A stretch of DNA of 64,000 bases from Gemmatimonadales bacterium (GTDB taxonomy: Bacteria; Gemmatimonadota; Gemmatimonadetes; Gemmatimonadales; GWC2-71-9). Location of the stretch: contig JAICWE010000009.1 in assembly GCA_025934955.1 (NCBI GenBank), positions 2,913 to 66,912 on the forward strand, in the 5' to 3' direction. The notes under the pieces are model-generated. The model did no database searches, had not been told where the DNA came from, and worked only from the letters and a program-made list of their open reading frames with translations. Within the stretch, counting starts at the first letter, position 1. Every line of letters starts with the position of its first letter. Positions 57,651 to 64,000 of the stretch are shown piece after piece. The position numbers and the translations under genes were made by a program.

Positions 57651-58367
57651 CTACGGCGTAAAGGAGTAGGCGAGCCCGACGCGGAACCACGGCGTCGCGG
57701 TCCACTCGGAGAGCTGGTTGTTCGTGATCACCGCGTTCGACTTGGTGCTGTTGCCGGGCTCGAGCGGCGGCTCCTGGGTGAAGCTCGTCGGGTAGCTGAG
57801 CTTCCAGAACGCGCTCCGCGCCTCGAGCCTGAGGTGCAGGCGATCGGTGAGGAACAGCCGCGTGCCGAGCGTCGGTGCGAAGTAGAACTTGTTCTTGAAG
57901 CGATAGCCGCTGGTGTCCGCCGCGGGGCCCTTGCCTCCGAACGCCACCCCGAGACCGACGCCGAAGAACGGCGCCAGCCGGTGCCAGCTCTTGCCGCCGG
58001 TCAGGTTGAGCTGGACCGCCGTCTCGGCGAACGACACCGACTGCGAGACCGGCCCCTGCAGCCGGTCCACCAGACGCACGAACGGATTCTGGATGAACCG
58101 GTCGAGATCGCCGCGGCCCACGTCGAGGCCGAACTGGAGAAACTGATTGGTGCGCACGTCGTAGCGCACACCGTACACGCTCCCGCCGTGCGGCCCCAGG
58201 TGCAGCGACCCGCCGCTTCCGCCGAGCCAGCCGTACTGCGCGCTGATCGAATGCCCCGGCGGGATGTCGCGATACGGCGACGCGCCCGGCGGATGGCCGA
58301 CCTGCGCCGCGAGACGGGCGGGGAGCAGCACGGCGGCGGCGGTGAACAGAAAGGAAAGCGGGCGCAT
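57651..58367 (-). CDS. outer-membrane beta-barrel protein (hypothetical)
   Basis: ATG 58367 (MRPLSFLFTAAAVLLPARLAAQ, signal peptide) within ORF 57651..59804. Beta-strand periodicity and a C-terminal ...FRVGLAYSFTP. Confidence 0.65.
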   Translation of the reverse strand: MRPLSFLFTAAAVLLPARLAAQVGHPPGASPYRDIPPGHSISAQYGWLGGSGGSLHLGPHGGSVYGVRYDVRTNQFLQFGLDVGRGDLDRFIQNPFVRLVDRLQGPVSQSVSFAETAVQLNLTGGKSWHRLAPFFGVGLGVAFGGKGPAADTSGYRFKNKFYFAPTLGTRLFLTDRLHLRLEARSAFWKLSYPTSFTQEPPLEPGNSTKSNAVITNNQLSEWTATPWFRVGLAYSFTP

Positions 58368-58372
58368 CGGTC

Positions 58373-59923
58373 TCACGGTTGGCGGAGGTCGCGGCCGGTC
58401 ATGTCGGCCGGCTGCTCGAGGCCGAGCAGTCCGAGAACGGTCGGGGCAACGTCGCAGAGCGCGCCGCCGGCGCGGAGCGGCGCCCCATCGGCGCCGACCG
58501 TGACGAGCGGAACCGGATTGGTGGTGTGCGCGGTGTGCACGCCGCCGGTCGTGGGGTCCACCATCATCTCGCAGTTGCCGTGGTCGGCGGTGACGATGGC
58601 GCGGGCGCCGCTCTGCTCCACGCTCGCGAGCACACGGCCGAGGCAGCGGTCCACCGTCTCGACCGCGCGGATCACGGCGGGGAGCACGCCGGTGTGGCCC
58701 ACCATGTCGGCGTTGGCGTAATTGGCGAGGATGAAGTCGTGACGCCGCTGCTCGATGGCGCGGCAGAGCACGTCGGTGACGCCGGCGGCGCTCATCTCCG
58801 GCGCCAAGTCGTATGTCGCCACCCGCTGCGAGGGCACCAGGCAGCGCTCTTCGTTTGGGTACGGCGGCTCGACGCCGCCGTTGAAGAAGTAGGTGACGTG
58901 CGGGTATTTCTCGGTCTCCGCGGTGCGGAGTTGGGTCCGCCCGTGCTCGGCGAGCTGCTGCGCCAGAATGCGCTCGAGGGTGAACGGCGGGAATGCCTGC
59001 GGCAGATCGAAGGTCGCATCGTACTGCGTCATCGTCACGCAGCGGAGGTCGGGGCGATCGCGCACGTCGAAGCCGTCGAAGCCGTCCACCGCGAGCGCGC
59101 CCACGATCTGGCGCATCCGGTCGCTGCGGTAATTGAAGAAGACGAACGCGTCGCCGTCCTTCACCGTGGCGACCGGCGCGCCGTTTCGATAATGTACCAG
59201 CGGCTTGATGAACTCGTCGGTCTCGCCCCGCTGATACGCCGCCTGCACCGCGAGCACCGGGTGCTCGATCGCCTGGCCGCGCCCGTGGATGATCGCGTCG
59301 TACGCGATCCTGGTCCGCTCCCAGCGCTTGTCGCGGTCCATCGCGTAGTAGCGGCCCACCAGCGTCGCGATGTCCACCGTCGCACCGGCGATGCGCCGCA
59401 TGTCGTTCAGCAGTGTCCGCACCACCTCGGCCCCCAGCGTCGGCGCGGAGTCGCGGCCGTCGAGAAAGCCGTGGATCGCGATGCGGGCGACGCGGAGCCG
59501 GACGCCCAGTTCCACGCACGCGAGCAGATGCCGGTCCAGCGCGTGGACGCCACCGGGGCCGAGCAGTCCGGCCAGGTGCAGGGTGCCGCCGGTGCGGCGC
59601 AGGTGCTCGCCCAGCTCGACGAACGGCGGCAGCGTGTAGAACCCGCCACGCTGGATGCTCTGCGAGATGCGCACGAGATCCTGCGGCACGACCCGGCCGG
59701 CGCCGAGGTTGAGGTGGCCCACCTCGCTGTTCCCCATCTGACCCTCGGGCAACCCGACGGCGAGCCCGCTCGCCTCGAGCAGCGTGCGCGGCGACGTCTC
59801 CCACAGTTTGTGCCAGACGGGCGTGCGGGCGAGCTCGATGGCATTGCCCTCGCGCGCCGCGCGGTAGCCCCAGCCGTCGAGAACGACGAGCACGACCGGC
59901 CGCCGTGCGGTCGCGTTTGACAT
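58373..59923 (-). CDS. gpmI: 2,3-bisphosphoglycerate-independent phosphoglycerate mutase
   Basis: VVLVVLDGWG, GNSEVGHLNLGAGR, GLLGPGGVHA, YANADMVGHTG, ADHGN. Confidence 0.95.
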   Translation of the reverse strand: MSNATARRPVVLVVLDGWGYRAAREGNAIELARTPVWHKLWETSPRTLLEASGLAVGLPEGQMGNSEVGHLNLGAGRVVPQDLVRISQSIQRGGFYTLPPFVELGEHLRRTGGTLHLAGLLGPGGVHALDRHLLACVELGVRLRVARIAIHGFLDGRDSAPTLGAEVVRTLLNDMRRIAGATVDIATLVGRYYAMDRDKRWERTRIAYDAIIHGRGQAIEHPVLAVQAAYQRGETDEFIKPLVHYRNGAPVATVKDGDAFVFFNYRSDRMRQIVGALAVDGFDGFDVRDRPDLRCVTMTQYDATFDLPQAFPPFTLERILAQQLAEHGRTQLRTAETEKYPHVTYFFNGGVEPPYPNEERCLVPSQRVATYDLAPEMSAAGVTDVLCRAIEQRRHDFILANYANADMVGHTGVLPAVIRAVETVDRCLGRVLASVEQSGARAIVTADHGNCEMMVDPTTGGVHTAHTTNPVPLVTVGADGAPLRAGGALCDVAPTVLGLLGLEQPADMTGRDLRQP

Positions 59924-59953
59924 GACCCTCCGCGTGCTCTACTATGCGCCACT

Positions 59954-60655
59954 GTGACTTGCGCGCCGCAATCTAGTCCTGCCTTCCGTTGGCTACCAGC
60001 CTGTCTCGTCCTCCTTCTCGCCGTCACCACACACGGCGCCGCGCAGGAACGCGCGAGCACGCACACCGGCGGCGCGGCCCGGAAATCCGCGGCCGCTCCG
60101 GCTGCCGCGACGGCGTCGCCGGCGCCGGCGGACAGCACCGATCGCGTCGAGGCCGGTCGCGCCGCACCACTGTTCACCGCGCCGGACGCCGGCGAGTTCG
60201 CCACGTTGCAGCCGGGCGCATCCGGCCGCGTCGTCGGCCGCTCGGGCGACTGGGTCCACGTGCAGCTCGACGGCTGGGTCCGCACCGCCGACCTCAAGAC
60301 CGCCGGCGGCGGCGCGCTCGCCGGCGTCACGGCAGCGGCGGTGCGCGCCAAACCCGACAAGTACGTCGGGCAGGCGGTCGAGTGGCGGCTCCAGCTCATC
60401 GCGATCCAGACCGCGGACGAATTGCGCACCGAGATCCCCGCCGGCGAGCCATATCTGCTCACCCGCGGCCCGCTGCCGGAGCCCGGCTTCGTGTACGTGA
60501 TCGTCTCGCGTGATCTCGTCCCGCGCTTCCAGTCGCTCGGCCCGCTGGCCGAGTTGACCGTGCGTGCCACCATCAAGTCGGCCCGCTCGAAGTACCTCGC
60601 CACACCCGTCATTCAACTCGACACGCTGCTAGAGCCCGCCGCGGGCACCCGCTAG
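59954..60655 (+). CDS. exported hypothetical protein (possible SH3b-like segment)
   Basis: GTG start 30 nt from the divergent gpmI. Signal peptide WLPACLVLLLAVTTHGAAQ. GRSGDWVHVQLDGWVRTADL resembles bacterial SH3. Confidence 0.5.
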   Translation: MTCAPQSSPAFRWLPACLVLLLAVTTHGAAQERASTHTGGAARKSAAAPAAATASPAPADSTDRVEAGRAAPLFTAPDAGEFATLQPGASGRVVGRSGDWVHVQLDGWVRTADLKTAGGGALAGVTAAAVRAKPDKYVGQAVEWRLQLIAIQTADELRTEIPAGEPYLLTRGPLPEPGFVYVIVSRDLVPRFQSLGPLAELTVRATIKSARSKYLATPVIQLDTLLEPAAGTR

Positions 60656-60657
60656 CG

Positions 60658-61881
60658 ATGCACCTGCTCGCGGCCGCGGCGCCGGGCGGCGACGTCGGCG
60701 CGATCTTCCTGGCGCTCGCGGCCGCGCTGGCCGCCGCGAAGCTGCTCGGCGAGCTGGCCGAGCGGATCGGGCAACCGGCGGTGCTGGGCGAGCTGATCGC
60801 CGGACTCCTGCTCGGCCCGTCCATGCTCGACCTGGTGAACCCGCACGATCCCGCGATCCACGTCATCGCCGAGATCGGCGTCGTCATCCTGCTCTTTCAG
60901 ATCGGACTCGAAATCGACCTGAGGAAGATGCTCGGCGTCGGTGGCGCCGCGCTCACCGTCGCGTGCGTCGGCGTCGCCGTCCCCTTCGTGCTGGGCGACG
61001 TCGTGTCCCGCGTCGTCGGCCTGGCGCCGCTGCCGGCGCTGGTCACCGGCGCGGCGCTCACCGCGACGTCGGTCGGCATCACCGCGCGCGTCTTCAGCGA
61101 CCTCGGCCGGCTGCACGATCCCGAGAGCCAGGTGGTGCTGGGCGCCGCGGTCATAGACGACGTGATCGGGCTCATCATCCTTGGCGTCGTCGGCGGACTG
61201 GTGGGCGGCGCCGAGCTCACGGCCGGCAGCGTACTGGGAAAGACCGCCGTCGCCTTCGGGTTCGTCGTCGGCGCCGTCGTCGTCGGGCGGCTGATCGTGC
61301 CGCCGCTGTTCGACGTCATCGCCCGGGTCGGCCGCGCCAGCACGATCGGCCCGATGGCGCTCGGGTTGATGTTCGTCACGGCGGTGCTGGCGCAGGTGAT
61401 CGGGCTTGCGCCGATCGTCGGCGCGTTCACCGCCGGTCTCGTGCTCGCGCCGACGCGCCATGCCGAGTCGTGCCGCGACGGCGTGACCCGGCTGGGGCAT
61501 TTCTTCGTGCCGATCTTCTTCGTGGTGGTCGGCGCGGCGGTGGACGTGCGCACCTTCGCCGACGGACACGTGCTCGCCGTCGGCGGGCTCATCACCGCCG
61601 CGGCGATCGTCGGGAAGCTCTTCTCCGGCTACGCCGCGTTCTGGTTTCCCGGCCGCAAGTTCGTCGTCGGCGTCGGCATGATTCCGCGCGGCGAGGTCGG
61701 GCTGATCTTCGCGCAGATGGGGCTCACGGCGAAGGTGCTCGACGCCGGCCTGTACGCCGCGCTGACGCTGATGGTGATGGTGACGACGTTCGTGACGCCG
61801 CCCGCGCTCAAGCTGCTGCTCGGGCCGGGGCGGGCGGGCGGCGATGCGGGCGGATCGGCGGAGCTGGTCACCGAGGCGTGA
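60658..61881 (+). CDS. cation:proton antiporter (CPA1/CPA2, Kef/NhaP-type)
   Basis: GQPAVLGELIAGLLLGPS, LLFQIGLEIDL, about 12 TM helices, IPRGEVGLIFA. Confidence 0.85.
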   Translation: MHLLAAAAPGGDVGAIFLALAAALAAAKLLGELAERIGQPAVLGELIAGLLLGPSMLDLVNPHDPAIHVIAEIGVVILLFQIGLEIDLRKMLGVGGAALTVACVGVAVPFVLGDVVSRVVGLAPLPALVTGAALTATSVGITARVFSDLGRLHDPESQVVLGAAVIDDVIGLIILGVVGGLVGGAELTAGSVLGKTAVAFGFVVGAVVVGRLIVPPLFDVIARVGRASTIGPMALGLMFVTAVLAQVIGLAPIVGAFTAGLVLAPTRHAESCRDGVTRLGHFFVPIFFVVVGAAVDVRTFADGHVLAVGGLITAAAIVGKLFSGYAAFWFPGRKFVVGVGMIPRGEVGLIFAQMGLTAKVLDAGLYAALTLMVMVTTFVTPPALKLLLGPGRAGGDAGGSAELVTEA

Positions 61882-61934
61882 ACGGACCGGCGCCCGCGTG
61901 GTAGATTGCAGCCGGTAGAATCCCGGGAGACTCC

Positions 61935-62245
61935 ATGAACGACGTCCTCAAGCAACGTATCGCCCGCGCGCTCGAGCGGCTCAGCGACGAGCGCGCCTAC
62001 CAGGTGCTCGACTACGTCGAGTTCCTCGAGAGTCGTTACGCCGAGCGCGCCCGGCCCAGCAATCTTTTCGCGCGCATCACCGAGAAGGTGGAAGACACCA
62101 TGCGCGCCGGGAAGCTCCCGATACAGGCCATCAGCGGCACCATGGGCGTGATGGATGGCGCGGCGAAGGTGATGAAGGGGCTCGCGGCCGCGGGGCAGGC
62201 CGTCGTCGAGGAAGCGGTCAAGGCGAAGGACACCAAGGAGACCGG

Positions 62246-62249
<4 letters not shown>
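61935..62249 (+). CDS. small hypothetical protein with DUF2281-like N-terminus
   Basis: MNDVLKQRIARALERLSDERAYQVLDYVEFLESRY..., then an amphipathic Ala/Lys-rich C-terminus. The stop overlaps the permease start (ATGA). Confidence 0.6.

Positions 62250-64000
<1,751 letters not shown>

Overview
High-G+C (roughly 70% by eye), very densely coding chromosomal segment from a Gram-negative-type bacterium; TonB-dependent receptor, beta-barrel OMPs and lipoboxes support that. The gene content is reminiscent of Gemmatimonadota-like lineages, but that is inference only. I support about 62 protein-coding genes. I recognised no rRNA, tRNA, CRISPR array, transposase or integrase. Genes form a ~30 kb plus-strand block (4.6-39 kb) and a ~20 kb minus-strand block (39.7-59.9 kb), which converge on the largest non-coding gap (39067-39500). 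At least 14 gene junctions are 4-nt ATGA/GTGA overlaps, implying long translationally coupled operons. Recognisable modules: CstA plus a 57-aa YbdD-like partner missing from the ORF track; NAD-type isocitrate dehydrogenase inside an odd operon (exported protein, Zn-ribbon membrane protein, DUF4139, metallophosphoesterase, SprT-like); a Ser/Thr kinase with TPR; YpfJ; a hybrid histidine kinase split by a 1-nt frameshift; gcdH, a TonB receptor, etfBA and ETF-QO; a PoxB / YdiJ-like FAD-FeS dehydrogenase / atypical M24 / LarA-homolog / GH1-like operon; a complete succinylase-branch lysine operon (dapE-like, asd, lysC, dapB, dapA, dapD, yjbQ); and a Moco/MGD operon (moeA, mobB, mobA, fdhD) interleaved with two OMPs, a CoA-binding protein, an atypical QueD-like protein and gpmI. 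The most unusual signal is not a gene. The non-palindromic 9-mer CGTTAGGCG occurs 9 times (8 on the + strand), always inside CDSs. Seven of the nine copies are in one reading frame that forces the otherwise almost absent TTA codon. Many long ORFs in the supplied track are Arg/Pro/Gly-rich shadow frames typical of high-G+C DNA and were rejected. All coordinates, motif counts and structures were worked out by eye, without tools.
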